From Candidatus Bathyarchaeia archaeon (GTDB lineage: Archaea; Thermoproteota; Bathyarchaeia; 40CM-2-53-6): a stretch of DNA of 64,000 nt. The notes beneath the pieces were generated by a model. It saw nothing but the letters and a program-made list of their open reading frames with translations, was not told where the DNA came from and searched no databases. Position 1 is the stretch's first letter; each line of letters opens with the position of its first letter. The translations under genes and the position numbers were made by a program. The stretch lies in assembly GCA_049513715.1 (NCBI GenBank), contig JBEKVV010000001.1:128001-192000 (forward strand), written 5' to 3'. Of the stretch, positions 1 through 10,439 are shown piece after piece.

Positions 1-171
1 CTACTAATCGCCCTAGTGGCGATCGCCGCGCTCGCGTCGAGGCACAGAAAACCAAGCGGACCAGCGCAAGGAACTCAACAGGGAAAACCCGGAACAAAGT
101 TCTGCACTAATTGCGGAACCCCAAATCCCGCTGGGAATGAATTCTGCGGAAAATGCGGCAAGATACTATGA
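1..171 (+). CDS. 3' end of a membrane protein with C-terminal zinc ribbon (partial)
   Basis: Frame 1 reads LLIALVAIAALASRHRK...KFCTNCGTPNPAGNEFCGKCGKIL*: hydrophobic helix, basic stop-transfer, CxxC-x10-CxxC. Confidence 0.8.
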   Translation, partial: LLIALVAIAALASRHRKPSGPAQGTQQGKPGTKFCTNCGTPNPAGNEFCGKCGKIL

Positions 172-335
172 TCACATTTCTAGCTGTCGTCCTTCTCGAA
201 CCATTGTGATGAGATTAGGTGATGAATAGCATCCCAAAAAAACGCTCAATTGGTTCGAAAGCAGGACGTTCATGGATATCGACTCTAGGACACGCGATCC
301 ACGTTCGTGTGTGCGCGTGTAACTGGAGAGAGAAG

Positions 336-629
336 TCATCTCCGGATGTCTATGACCGCTAACACGAGCAATATGGTCGTAACAATTACGAGGAGAACCA
401 GTAGGCTTCGGTTTCTCTCCCATATGACGAAGTTCGCATTAAGCCGCGTGAAGGGATCGCGTGACTTCAGCATACGAAAGACTACGATCGCCTCTTCTCT
501 CCTGAATACTCCGTTGTCTACTCGAATCTCACCCGTCATGCTCTTTTCGAATCTATGGCGGCCGACCCAGAAAGGATTCGAGTACTTGCTGCTCACCCAC
601 AGATCAAATTCCTCCTGCAGTGATGACAT
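336..629 (-). CDS. Small hypothetical protein with C-terminal TM helix
   Basis: 97-aa ORF starting 8 nt after the UPF0182 stop on the same strand; ends LLVLLVIVTTILLVLAVIDIRR. Confidence 0.65.
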   Translation of the reverse strand: MSSLQEEFDLWVSSKYSNPFWVGRHRFEKSMTGEIRVDNGVFRREEAIVVFRMLKSRDPFTRLNANFVIWERNRSLLVLLVIVTTILLVLAVIDIRR

Positions 630-637
630 ACTTTCAC

Positions 638-3370
638 CTATCTGATTTGGACGTTGATGTAGTAGAGTTTCACAACGCCGCCTGTAGAAACGAGTACTCC
701 GAAGTTGAGGCTGCCGTCCGAGGTAGTCCAGTAGTAGACTTCAGACACGTTGTACTTTTGACAGTAGTTGGCGATGAAACCGTTGACCGTGGCGCTGATG
801 GAGGTCCACTGTGACTCATCTGTGTAGGTAATGTTGGCAATTTGGATTTCGACGTTCGCGCTGATCTTGCTTGGACTGATTAAGGAATATCCCTTGTCGG
901 TGAATAATGAGTTAAGCTTCGTCACACGTTCCGCAGAACCAAGTATGACGGGAGTTCCGCCAGAGATCGCGTAGTATGCTTGCGATGAATCCGCACCAAC
1001 CGCAACTTTGGCGCCGGTCGTGGCGTCGACTACTGCAATAAACGCCATTTTCGTGATTACGGCGTTCTGCACTTGGGTGTTGATGTACACGGGGATGAAG
1101 TAGTAGAGGTGGGTACCGATCAGATACAGCAGGATGTTTCCGAGCCTATAGTTCGGCAGCAGGGTTAGCTGTGTGCGCACGTAATCGTCTGTCTCGACGG
1201 CTTGCAGGGCGGCAGACGGCCCGATAAGTTGAGTCGTCGAGTTGGATATTCTGTAGAGATTCAGCTTGCCAAGTTGGTCGCTTCCGTAAGCTATGAACAT
1301 CCCTGCGAGGTTTTTGCCGGGGGATGATTGATACTCTACCAGCTGTAGCCCTACGAAGTCTGTACGATTTCCGAAAGTCTCAAGGACGTATAGGACTTCT
1401 GTGGATTCTGGTCGCTCGTAGAAATCAGATCCTGATCTCCAAATGAATGGGTCGCTCACGTGATACTGGAAAGCCACATCCAGTTGTCCGGGGTTAGCGT
1501 GGGTTCCAAGCAGATCCTCAGGATAACGCAGTTGGCTAACGAGCCAGTTCGGCGGCGCTTTCCAGGACGAGTAGTATTGCCTGTAGAAGTCGACCAGAAA
1601 ACCGTCTGGTTTCGCAATGACGTAGGGATACATTTGGCCGTCCTCAATATCAACAAGAACCACGCCGAAGAATCGGAGGTAGTTGCTTCCGGAGAATCCA
1701 GAATGGATCGGGTAGTCCGTGTAGACTTGCACGCAGTAATAGATTCGGCTACCGTCTGTGACGAGGTAGCTTGCGCTGTCCGTAGTTAACCCACCGATGA
1801 GTATGTCTTGGACTCTCTGGTAAACGTCGCGATTGTGCAGCATCATGATGTTATCTTGGGGAGGGCTCAAGGCGAAGCCGACTTGGCCTTCTTTCACGAG
1901 GAACCACAAGCTCCGTTGCCAGCCTGACAGCGTATAGTCAGGAGCGCCTGTGTAGGAGGCATTTCCGATCTCCTCGAACCCTTTGACATGAACATAGACA
2001 TCGTCAGTTAGTGCCTCGCCATAATAGATCAAGGGCTCCACTTTGACTCCGAACGCGCTCGGTACTGAAACGTAATCGCCTGTGTGGCTGTCGATTACGA
2101 TTATTCTGGCGGCATGAGTGTAGATCAAGTGATGGCTAATCCAGTCGTCGGTTGGGTAGTTGATTGTTGTGGGGGCAGCCCAGTACTCGTGGCCGTTAAG
2201 GTAGATTATCTGCGACGCGCTGAGCTGCATCCAATTGACGCCTATTTGATTTATCATCTTCGTGTACGATGCATCGTGATCCCACTGCCGTACAAGTGAG
2301 ACGATTGTGCTAGTGTTCCCTGCGGGAACACTCGAGAGAGGCTCCGTCACGACATTCTGGATACCTGCCGCCCATCGCGTTACCTCGATTTCCTTATTCG
2401 TCATGGGTTTCCATTCATAGTCGGTCCAGTTGTTGTTCCAGTTGAGCGAGTAGCCTACGACGAAGCTTACGTTCACGATGAGTATGCCGAGTAGGAGCAA
2501 GGCGACGAGGTATACGATCCATCGTTTTCGACGTGCCATGCCTATTGTTCGTCGAATGACTCCGAACTGAAAGGAGGCCGCGATGACCAGGAAGCTGACG
2601 AAGACTGTGATTGCGATCAGATAGTTGTTGGGTGTCGCAATGTTCATGACCCAGTAGGGGGCACCGACGATCGCCACCAGCACAACTAGAGCGAGAATGA
2701 GGAATAGATCTCTCGTCCAGGCATTCGTCTTGATTCGAGCGAAATCGCGGACGAGCATCAGAATGAGTCTGAGGACCGCCACTGATACGACCGCTGTGAC
2801 TATCTCGAAGATGAGGCGGTACTGAACCTCCATAGTGGGCATCAAGGCAACAAGCTCAGCTCCTGACGCAGGAGCCAGCGGGAGCTGAAGAACCCTCAGG
2901 ACCTGGCCCCAGTTACCCACCCCACTTTGCAGCATCGTGATCACGACCGTCAGATTGCCAAGGCCCGGTATTCCGTTCGCCCCGGCAATCATCGAGAATG
3001 CCAACCCCCACTTAACTACCTGCCAAAGAAGCCACGCAGCCTTGCCAGGGCCGAGCGAGACCGCCTCCTGCTCACCTCTGACTCGCGCGAAGGCTCCTCC
3101 GAGCGCTGAAAGCCCCTCGAAGAGATGGCTCCTCCTAGGAAATGGATTGATGAAGAGAAGTGCGAGAACACCGGCGACGATAAAGGTGTTATTGTGATAG
3201 AAGTTTATCGCGAACCAGTCGAGGCCTGCCTTGGAGGCATACATGGATTGGAGAACGATCCAGTTCAAATAAATTGACAGTCCATAAACGATCACACCGA
3301 CGAAAACTAGCGCTGCAATACTCCAGCCAATCAATCCGAAAAGACGAGGAGATGGCCCAGATCGTTCCAT
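638..3370 (-). CDS. UPF0182 (COG1615) family membrane protein
   Basis: 910 aa; N-terminal multi-TM region; family-like motifs WISHHLIYTH, IYYGE, YLRFFGVVLVDIEDG, LRYPEDL, YHVSDP, GNILLY...YFIPVY. Confidence 0.85.
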   Translation of the reverse strand: MERSGPSPRLFGLIGWSIAALVFVGVIVYGLSIYLNWIVLQSMYASKAGLDWFAINFYHNNTFIVAGVLALLFINPFPRRSHLFEGLSALGGAFARVRGEQEAVSLGPGKAAWLLWQVVKWGLAFSMIAGANGIPGLGNLTVVITMLQSGVGNWGQVLRVLQLPLAPASGAELVALMPTMEVQYRLIFEIVTAVVSVAVLRLILMLVRDFARIKTNAWTRDLFLILALVVLVAIVGAPYWVMNIATPNNYLIAITVFVSFLVIAASFQFGVIRRTIGMARRKRWIVYLVALLLLGILIVNVSFVVGYSLNWNNNWTDYEWKPMTNKEIEVTRWAAGIQNVVTEPLSSVPAGNTSTIVSLVRQWDHDASYTKMINQIGVNWMQLSASQIIYLNGHEYWAAPTTINYPTDDWISHHLIYTHAARIIVIDSHTGDYVSVPSAFGVKVEPLIYYGEALTDDVYVHVKGFEEIGNASYTGAPDYTLSGWQRSLWFLVKEGQVGFALSPPQDNIMMLHNRDVYQRVQDILIGGLTTDSASYLVTDGSRIYYCVQVYTDYPIHSGFSGSNYLRFFGVVLVDIEDGQMYPYVIAKPDGFLVDFYRQYYSSWKAPPNWLVSQLRYPEDLLGTHANPGQLDVAFQYHVSDPFIWRSGSDFYERPESTEVLYVLETFGNRTDFVGLQLVEYQSSPGKNLAGMFIAYGSDQLGKLNLYRISNSTTQLIGPSAALQAVETDDYVRTQLTLLPNYRLGNILLYLIGTHLYYFIPVYINTQVQNAVITKMAFIAVVDATTGAKVAVGADSSQAYYAISGGTPVILGSAERVTKLNSLFTDKGYSLISPSKISANVEIQIANITYTDESQWTSISATVNGFIANYCQKYNVSEVYYWTTSDGSLNFGVLVSTGGVVKLYYINVQIR

Positions 3371-3577
3371 GGATTCGAATCGCGAATGGAACTAGCAGAA
3401 CACCACTATATCAACTAGGAGCTTCTCCGATTATGTAGGAAACGGCATGGATTATCGGCAGCGGAAATTCCTGGTCGAGTGACAGTAACCCTCCCCCCAC
3501 CGGCCATCGGCCCGGGATTGTTAGATCGTAGCAACGTTCAAGTGTGTGGTTTGGCAGTGCTCAATTGTTGAATCCAT

Positions 3578-4048
3578 ATGACTGTTGACATCAAAGTAAA
3601 ACAGGTTCCAAGTTACACGGTAGCATCCCTCATGCACTACGGACCCCACGGTGCGAACATTTTCCGAACTGAATTTGATTATCTGGCGAAGTGGGCGAAG
3701 AGGAATAAACTGCGAACCGGAAAGTGGATCATGCGTTGGATTGACGAGTCCGGAAGCAAGCCTGCCAGTAAGGTTCGTTCTGAAGCATGTTTGGAGATCA
3801 AGGGAAAAGCAAGAACAGATGGTAAGATAAGGATCAAGAAATTTCCAAGGCACACCGTCGTTAGCGTGATTTTTGATCCAGAAAAAGTCTCCCCACGTTT
3901 GGTTTATTCAGGGATCTACGGATGGTTAAGGTACAGTGACTTCGAGGCCACCGACAGCCCCCCAAGAGAAGTCTACGCAGGAAACCCATGGACGAACTCC
4001 CGTGCATGGGCGAACGCGGAGGTTCAGGTACCGATCAGAAAAAGATGA
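3578..4048 (+). CDS. GyrI-like small-molecule-binding domain protein
   Basis: IKVKQVPSYTVASLMHYGP start; YSGIYGWL...PPREVY...EVQVPI end, typical of the GyrI/BmrR effector fold. Confidence 0.8.
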   Translation: MTVDIKVKQVPSYTVASLMHYGPHGANIFRTEFDYLAKWAKRNKLRTGKWIMRWIDESGSKPASKVRSEACLEIKGKARTDGKIRIKKFPRHTVVSVIFDPEKVSPRLVYSGIYGWLRYSDFEATDSPPREVYAGNPWTNSRAWANAEVQVPIRKR

Positions 4049-4159
4049 TTCGGCGCGCCTTCTTGAGTCGACAGAGTCCCAAATCACTTTTGCCTTTAAC
4101 ACTCGCCCATGTTTTCTCATGATTGAGATTTCGCCTTTGCAGATGCGAAGGTGACTTTG

Positions 4160-4942
4160 TTACCCGTGGAATAGCCCCGCCAGATACATCAAATAGAATC
4201 CTGCTAGTGACGCCACAACGTAGGGCAAGTTTTCACGTTGGCGAACGAAGTTTGGAATCAGCTTGTACTCGATGTAGATGGCTGCTGCGCCGCCTAAGGC
4301 AAAGAAGAACGTGGAGTTAACCGGTGTTACGAGGGCAATCAGCGATCCAAGAACAGTTGGAATTCCTCCGAGAGCTCCCAGAATCACGACGCGATGGGCT
4401 CTTGATTTTGTGACCGCCGCGAATACACCGATGACGAAACCTTCCAGGACTTTGTGGAACACATAGGCGATCCCAGGCAACAAACCGCCAATAGCCTGAA
4501 TCATATCCGGGGCTGTAGACATAAGCGAACCAATCTCGATTCCTTCGCCCATAGCATGGAAGCCCATTCCTAGGGCCACAAGGATAGCCACGCCGAAAGA
4601 GATCCCCGTCAGGGTCTCATTGTTCTCCCGCGATGTGGCATGGATAGATGATTTTGGCAATAGTCGTTCGAGTCCAAAGAGAAGCAGCAAACTCGTTGTG
4701 AACAGTACTACCAATAATCCTTGTGCGATTCCGCCTGCAAATCCTTGGTTAATATCTAGGAGTACCGCGTCGTTCATTACGTCAAGAAAGAACCAGAAGA
4801 TGATGCCCGAGGAGACTGCCATTAGGATTCGGAACCTGCTGGAAGCGTCCTTCGCTATAGCGAAAGGTAAGAAGAGCCCGACAAAGAGTGGAACAAATGT
4901 GGCAGCGGCGCCACTGGCTAAGTTCGCCAGGACACTCGGCAT
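4160..4942 (-). CDS. ZIP-like metal transporter
   Basis: Multi-TM; GMGFHAMGEGIEIG and FHKVLEGF resemble the ZIP TM4/TM5 metal motifs; ATG at 4942 preferred as start. Confidence 0.7.
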   Translation of the reverse strand: MPSVLANLASGAAATFVPLFVGLFLPFAIAKDASSRFRILMAVSSGIIFWFFLDVMNDAVLLDINQGFAGGIAQGLLVVLFTTSLLLLFGLERLLPKSSIHATSRENNETLTGISFGVAILVALGMGFHAMGEGIEIGSLMSTAPDMIQAIGGLLPGIAYVFHKVLEGFVIGVFAAVTKSRAHRVVILGALGGIPTVLGSLIALVTPVNSTFFFALGGAAAIYIEYKLIPNFVRQRENLPYVVASLAGFYLMYLAGLFHG

Positions 4943-5147
4943 TAGAGAATCACGGCCCAAATGAAATGCAATGAGAATTTAGTTTTGTTGGTACCCTTCT
5001 GCTAGCCCACTGCACATTAGGCCTTCTTCACTCTTGAGCGGTAAAGTGCGCTGTTTGCTCAATGAAGGAACCTTATACTTCTGGAATTTTGTGATTGCGA
5101 AGACGAAGACTTCCAATAGTGTTCGCCCGGGTTCAGCTGCTTTCTTA

Positions 5148-5600
5148 TCAGGTAACTATCAGCTGCCCGCTCTGCATGTACGAGTGCACAGGGCACAGTA
5201 TGTTGCAATATATCGTGAAGGTTCCAACCTGATCCGCAACGAAAGAGATGCGTAGTGATTCATGAGGCATCAGTGCCGCTCCGGCATCAAAGTAATGTTG
5301 TACGGCGAATCCATGGGGTGAGTAGTCATCTTGGTTGCATACGAGGAACTTGACCATGTCGCCGAGGTGGACTCTTACTACTGGCCAGGGGTCGTTGGGT
5401 GCGTTCCGAAGGTGGCCGACGCTATCGTTGAATCCCTGGAGGTCAGCAATGATGAGAACGTAGCCTGAAGGTCTCACGCAGGACGTTGTCTTTGTTTCGA
5501 GTGGCTGACTCGGGGGCGTACTCAAGTAAGGCCAGTAATAACTTACAGTGACCCCTATCAGGAGCGCAGCCACAATCCCGACCGCGACCAGTTTATTCGT
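5148..5600 (-). CDS. Membrane-anchored cupredoxin (CuA-like) protein; start uncertain
   Basis: N-terminal TM; VHLGDMVKF, HGFAV, GTFTIYCNILCPVHSYMQSGQLIV. Confidence 0.8.
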   Translation of the reverse strand, partial: TNKLVAVGIVAALLIGVTVSYYWPYLSTPPSQPLETKTTSCVRPSGYVLIIADLQGFNDSVGHLRNAPNDPWPVVRVHLGDMVKFLVCNQDDYSPHGFAVQHYFDAGAALMPHESLRISFVADQVGTFTIYCNILCPVHSYMQSGQLIVT

Positions 5601-5789
5601 GAGACATGGCCTCGCATCGTTTTCTGCGTCCGCTATATTTCTCCTTATTGAACAAGAGACAAAGACATTGTGAATTCTCGCAAAACCCTTGACCACAGCG
5701 ATTTGGGTGTGTTTTAGGAACCAGTCCAACGTTGCAGACTGTTCCAAAAATTCTTAACCAATCGCACAAGAGTCTCCTGGAGAAAGCCC

Positions 5790-6251
5790 ATGAGCGTAGC
5801 GAAGTATCTTGTTTACTTTACGGGTCTATCTACGTACGCACTGATCGTCTGGGGTGGGTACGTTACCCTTGGTGGATATGGCTTGGGATGCGGCACCTAT
5901 TGGCCAACATGCAATGGAGCAATCTTCCCAACATTAGATTGGCCAACGTTTGTGGAATACGTTCACAGATTACTTACGATACTGACAGGAATTCCGTTGC
6001 TGGCCAGCACTGTAGCAGTGTGGAGGCTCCGGCCGCGGCCTGCTGGGCCATCGAGATCCTTGGTTCTTGCAATAGTCCTGCTCATTGTCCAAAGCTTGCT
6101 CGGCGGAGATGTTGTGGTTACCGAGCTTGAACCAGTAATCACAACGGCACATCTGGCCTTTGCGACCGCTGTCTTTGCAGCCGTAGTCCTAGCTTGCGCT
6201 CTAATCTACTCGTGGGAGAGGTCGACCTCATTGGGGAAGGAAGCACAGTAG
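5790..6251 (+). CDS. ctaA: Half-size heme A synthase (COX15/CtaA family)
   Basis: GLGCGTYWPTCNG, EYVHR and AHLAFA motifs; 4 TM helices, as in short archaeal CtaA. Confidence 0.8.
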   Translation: MSVAKYLVYFTGLSTYALIVWGGYVTLGGYGLGCGTYWPTCNGAIFPTLDWPTFVEYVHRLLTILTGIPLLASTVAVWRLRPRPAGPSRSLVLAIVLLIVQSLLGGDVVVTELEPVITTAHLAFATAVFAAVVLACALIYSWERSTSLGKEAQ

Positions 6252-6448
6252 AATCGCACTTTTAGACCGACATCATTGCATGGTTTGCCGATTAAGGTCA
6301 GAAATAAGCTGACTCTGTAATCAGTTACTCAATCTTCTTGGTTTGCAATTCTCATGCTCTCGGAGAGGGCTATTTTGACGTTGCCTGGGGTTCGGTTTTC
6401 CGTTCAGGTATCCTTCTCACCAAGTTTAGGTCGAATCTCGTGCTTGCT

Positions 6449-7711
6449 TCAAGTCGCGTGCGATGTTGTAATCATCGTGGTTAGTTTGGCAGCTGAGGCT
6501 AGACAAAGTGCCGAAATGATGAACGTCACATAATACCCGAAGTAAAATGAAGTGAACCCTGAGATGAATGAGCCGAGCATTGTGGCGAAGCCCACTAGCG
6601 CGCTGTAGACGCCCAATGCAGAGCCTTGGTTACCGTGCCCAAGTGTATTGAAAACCATAACGTTCGAAGCCGCATAGTAGGCGGCGTACGCCACACCTGC
6701 GGCAAGCGGATACAAGAGAAGGGCTGACCCAAGGTAGAAGATACCCGTGAGAACGTACACCGATAAACCGAACAGTCCGTAGCAAATCGCTCGCAAGATG
6801 AGCCCACCCACGGCTGCTTGTTTGAGGCTCCTTCTTTCGATGTAAGGGCCCATGTACCGGAAGGAGACGGTTTGAACAGCCATCCCCACCAGAGAGACTA
6901 GGAAGATTTGACTCTTCGAGACGCCGACCTTATACAAAGATGGAACCATAGACGTGTTGAAGATTCCACTTGCAAGGTAGAACATGAGGATTGAGAGATA
7001 CAGAACCTGAGTGTCCCTCGTCAACTCATACCTGAGGCCTTTGAAGACTCGTCGGAAGTCCATAATCCTAGGAACCTTCAGGAAAAACAGCGGCAGGACC
7101 AGAAGCCTCTCGTAGAAGCTCCTCCTGACCAGCACCATGATGCTCCGTTCAAAGGGAATGCCCACCTCCTTGATCATGACTACCGAAAGGGCAGCCGAAA
7201 GAACGCATAGATCAGCAAGTGGCAAGACGATCAAATGTAATGGAATGAAATCACCCCACGCAACGCCAAGCACCAACCCAATTGTCACACCAACACTTGA
7301 CACCATAGAAAACTCAGAGAATCCTACCGCCCAGTTGGACTTCGGCTTGGTCTCCATGATTAGCAAGTTCAGGGGAGTTGCCGCTGCGGATGAGAAAAGT
7401 GAGAAGGCCGCGTACAAAAGGTCCACGCCGTAAAGCGACCTTGTGAAGAGGAATGTTGCGAGTGTTCCAGCCACAGCCAAATAGCTTGCAACTATGATTG
7501 GTTTCCTTCTCGGGAGTTTGTCGGTTGCGAATCCCCAGATCATCGCGGCTGGGATGCTCACCGCGTTGAATAGTGTCACGGCAAGCGCGATATCAATAAC
7601 GGTCCCGTGAAGTTCTAGGATGTACAATTGGACGAATGTACTGACAGGGCCAAGTGCGACGTTGAATGGCAGAACTGAGTAGATCCAGTTGGACTGTTGT
7701 TGCTTGGCCAT
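6449..7711 (-). CDS. MFS transporter
   Basis: About 12 TM; WGFATDKLPRRKP motif A; ATG at 7711. Confidence 0.85.
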   Translation of the reverse strand: MAKQQQSNWIYSVLPFNVALGPVSTFVQLYILELHGTVIDIALAVTLFNAVSIPAAMIWGFATDKLPRRKPIIVASYLAVAGTLATFLFTRSLYGVDLLYAAFSLFSSAAATPLNLLIMETKPKSNWAVGFSEFSMVSSVGVTIGLVLGVAWGDFIPLHLIVLPLADLCVLSAALSVVMIKEVGIPFERSIMVLVRRSFYERLLVLPLFFLKVPRIMDFRRVFKGLRYELTRDTQVLYLSILMFYLASGIFNTSMVPSLYKVGVSKSQIFLVSLVGMAVQTVSFRYMGPYIERRSLKQAAVGGLILRAICYGLFGLSVYVLTGIFYLGSALLLYPLAAGVAYAAYYAASNVMVFNTLGHGNQGSALGVYSALVGFATMLGSFISGFTSFYFGYYVTFIISALCLASAAKLTTMITTSHAT

Positions 7712-7928
7712 GGTTCCTTGCCATCCGAGAAGGCAGATGAGTGGCACGGCTTGGACAGGGGTCTTAAGTATCCTTCGCCGTGTTCAGGAAAATTATCTGG
7801 ACGCGCAATTTGCAGAGCGTCACATGCAATTCGAAAATCGGGTACGGAGTCGAAAATCGAATGTACTGGACGAATCATTCATGACATTTTTTTAAGCTCG
7901 GTTCCGCACTAGCTTTCGGGAGTACCAA

Positions 7929-9497
7929 ATGTCAGCTTCAACTGCACAAAACGAACGGAACAAGTCGGTGCACTTGAATAAGTCGAGATTGGCAGTTTGT
8001 TTAGTTGCCTTGACACTAATCCTTACCGCTTCTTGCCTTGTGCTCATCCCCACAGGGTTCGTCGTAGGGACGCCGACAAAGATTCAGCATCTAATCTTCA
8101 TCATTCAAGAGAACCATTCATTCGACAATTATTTCGGAACCTACCCAGGTGCGAATGGGTTCACTCCTGGACTTGCGATTCCGATCAATCCAGCCCAGGC
8201 TGGCTCGCAATACGTGGCACCCTACCACTTGAACGTCGCCCAACCCATTATGATCGTGGGAGACGAATTACCCCCGGGAGTATCCGACCCCGATCAACTC
8301 GATTCGGGCGACAGCAGTGGCGTTTCGCCCTTCCCGTTCAATAATGAATCAATTGGGGGAGACTTGAGCCACGCGTGGAAGGTGGCACACATGGCTTATG
8401 ATAACGGCAAAATGGATGGCTTCATCGCGGCGGAGAAAAGCACCCTAACCATGGGATATTATGATCGCGCCGATATCCCGTACTACTGGGGCTACGCTGA
8501 CCGCTATGTGCTGGATGACGACTTCTTCTCATCTCAGATGGGCCCAAGCTTCCCGAACCACTTGTACATCGCCTCAGGCACAAGCGGCCCTGTAACCAAC
8601 CTCAACTACCGGTGGATACTCAATGGTCACGTGGTCGACAACCCGGCTGCGGGGTTCAACTGGCAGGGCGTTTCCCTGGATTGGTCGACCCTAGCCGAAG
8701 AGATGAGCAATTCGAATGTCCCCTGGGCATGGTACGACGGAGAAGTGAAGCCGCTCAGATCCACTATCTGGGACGTCTTACCACTTTTCACGTACTTCCA
8801 GAACCACCCAGACCAGTTAAACGAGCACGTCCAGAACGCGCAACGCTTCATCGATGCTATCCAGAACGCGCAGTTGCCAGCCGTTTCATGGATAATACCT
8901 GGTAGCTGGGTGCCCCCAACCTACCCGATCGTATGCAAGCATCAAGTTGGGGGTTCCCCGAGCGAACACCCCCCTGCACGAAGCGACTGTGGAATGGACT
9001 ACGTTGCTTACCTGGTCAATCAGGTGATGCAAAGTCAGTATTGGCAGTCGTCGGCGATCATCATAACCTGGGACGATTACGGTGGCTTCTACGACCATGT
9101 TCCTCCGCCACAGATTGATGCTTTCGGTGAAGGATTCCGGGTTCCAACTTTAGTGGTCTCCCCTTGGGCGAAGCATGGCTTCATTGATCACACCCAATAT
9201 GAGTTCGCGTCATTCCTCAAACTGGCAGAGGTTAACTTCAATATACCCGGCCTAGGAACGAGAGATGTGGGCGCGAGTGACATGATGAATTCGTTTGACT
9301 TCAATCAGCCCCCCCAACCAACCTTGATCGAACCGGCAAACTTCGTAGGCCCAGCACAATCGTCCGCGACAACTACCACAGCGGCAGTCCCTGAGATGCC
9401 TTCAGGTGTGTTGTACGCGTTGGTGGTTGCCGTTGTCGCAACGGCTGTCGTAACCGCAACTGTTGTTACGCGCCTCAGAAATAAGCCAGCCCATTAG
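7929..9497 (+). CDS. Secreted phosphoesterase (phospholipase C/AcpA family) with C-terminal anchor
   Basis: QENHSFDNYFG, GPSFPNH, SEHPP, TWDDYGGFYDHV, GFRVP; signal peptide and C-terminal TM. Confidence 0.92.
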   Translation: MSASTAQNERNKSVHLNKSRLAVCLVALTLILTASCLVLIPTGFVVGTPTKIQHLIFIIQENHSFDNYFGTYPGANGFTPGLAIPINPAQAGSQYVAPYHLNVAQPIMIVGDELPPGVSDPDQLDSGDSSGVSPFPFNNESIGGDLSHAWKVAHMAYDNGKMDGFIAAEKSTLTMGYYDRADIPYYWGYADRYVLDDDFFSSQMGPSFPNHLYIASGTSGPVTNLNYRWILNGHVVDNPAAGFNWQGVSLDWSTLAEEMSNSNVPWAWYDGEVKPLRSTIWDVLPLFTYFQNHPDQLNEHVQNAQRFIDAIQNAQLPAVSWIIPGSWVPPTYPIVCKHQVGGSPSEHPPARSDCGMDYVAYLVNQVMQSQYWQSSAIIITWDDYGGFYDHVPPPQIDAFGEGFRVPTLVVSPWAKHGFIDHTQYEFASFLKLAEVNFNIPGLGTRDVGASDMMNSFDFNQPPQPTLIEPANFVGPAQSSATTTTAAVPEMPSGVLYALVVAVVATAVVTATVVTRLRNKPAH

Positions 9498-9518
9498 CAA
9501 TATTGGCTAGGTGTGAGA

Positions 9519-9674
9519 TTGGTCGAATCAGTCGACATGTACTGCGAGAAGTGTAGGACGAACACTAAGCACAAGCTGGCTTGGGACAGAAAGAAACCGA
9601 TGCTTGGAAAGCGTTACCGGTTGGCTACGTGCACGCGTTGTGGCCACGAAACAAAATACTTCAAGAGATGGTAA
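9519..9674 (+). CDS. 51-aa basic zinc-ribbon protein (not in ORF track)
   Basis: GGTGTGAG then TTG; MVESVDMYCEKCRTNTKHKLAWDRKKPMLGKRYRLATCTRCGHETKYFKRW*. Confidence 0.75.
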   Translation: MVESVDMYCEKCRTNTKHKLAWDRKKPMLGKRYRLATCTRCGHETKYFKRW

Positions 9675-9689
9675 AGCCTTCGTGTGGCG

Positions 9690-10439
9690 TCATTTGAGGC
9701 GCCCAAATGTCCACGTTCCGATTCCAATCATCACAATCGCAAAAGCCGCGAGGACTGCGAAGTTAAATGGCATCGATAGCTGGGACGTGCCCAGTAGCAA
9801 GCCCCTGAGCCCATCCACCGCATACGTTACTGGGTCGAGGAATGTGATGATGCGCAAATAGCTTGGTAAGTTGTTGAGTGGGAAAAGGGCTCCACTGAAA
9901 AAGAACATCGGGAAAACAAGAAAACTTATGATCAGCTGGAAGCCCTCGACGCTCTCCATGTTTGAGCCTATGATCAGGCCAAGGCTCACTAGCGAGGCTG
10001 CAAGAGTGAACATGAAGATGAATGCGAGTACTACGTTCAAGATTGAATAACTAATGCCCAACACGACCCCGAGCGCCAGCATCGCACAGGCTTGAATCAA
10101 CGCATCTATGGTTCCCCCAACCATCTTCCCCGCGAAGATAGTTGTTCGCGAAAGCGGCGCAACCAAAACCTCCTTGAAGAAATCAATCTTCTTGTCCCAA
10201 ACAATGTACAGCCCAAAGAAAACCGAGGAGAACAGAATCGTCATTGCCAAGATTCCGGGGAAAATGAACACTTGATAGTTCACGCCCCCAAGGGACACGG
10301 CAGACCCTAAACCGCCGCCGAAAACAACTATCCAAAGTAACGGTGTGAACAGGGATGAGACGATGCGGGATTTCTCGCGAGTGAAAACTTTGATTTCTCG
10401 GTACCACAGGGCGTAGAATCCTTCAAGCTCACCCATCAA
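9690..10439 (-). CDS. ABC-2 type exporter permease (DrrB-like)
   Basis: LWYREIKVF, FIFPGIL, FFSGALFP, PVTYAVDGLR. Confidence 0.92.
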   Translation of the reverse strand: MMGELEGFYALWYREIKVFTREKSRIVSSLFTPLLWIVVFGGGLGSAVSLGGVNYQVFIFPGILAMTILFSSVFFGLYIVWDKKIDFFKEVLVAPLSRTTIFAGKMVGGTIDALIQACAMLALGVVLGISYSILNVVLAFIFMFTLAASLVSLGLIIGSNMESVEGFQLIISFLVFPMFFFSGALFPLNNLPSYLRIITFLDPVTYAVDGLRGLLLGTSQLSMPFNFAVLAAFAIVMIGIGTWTFGRLK

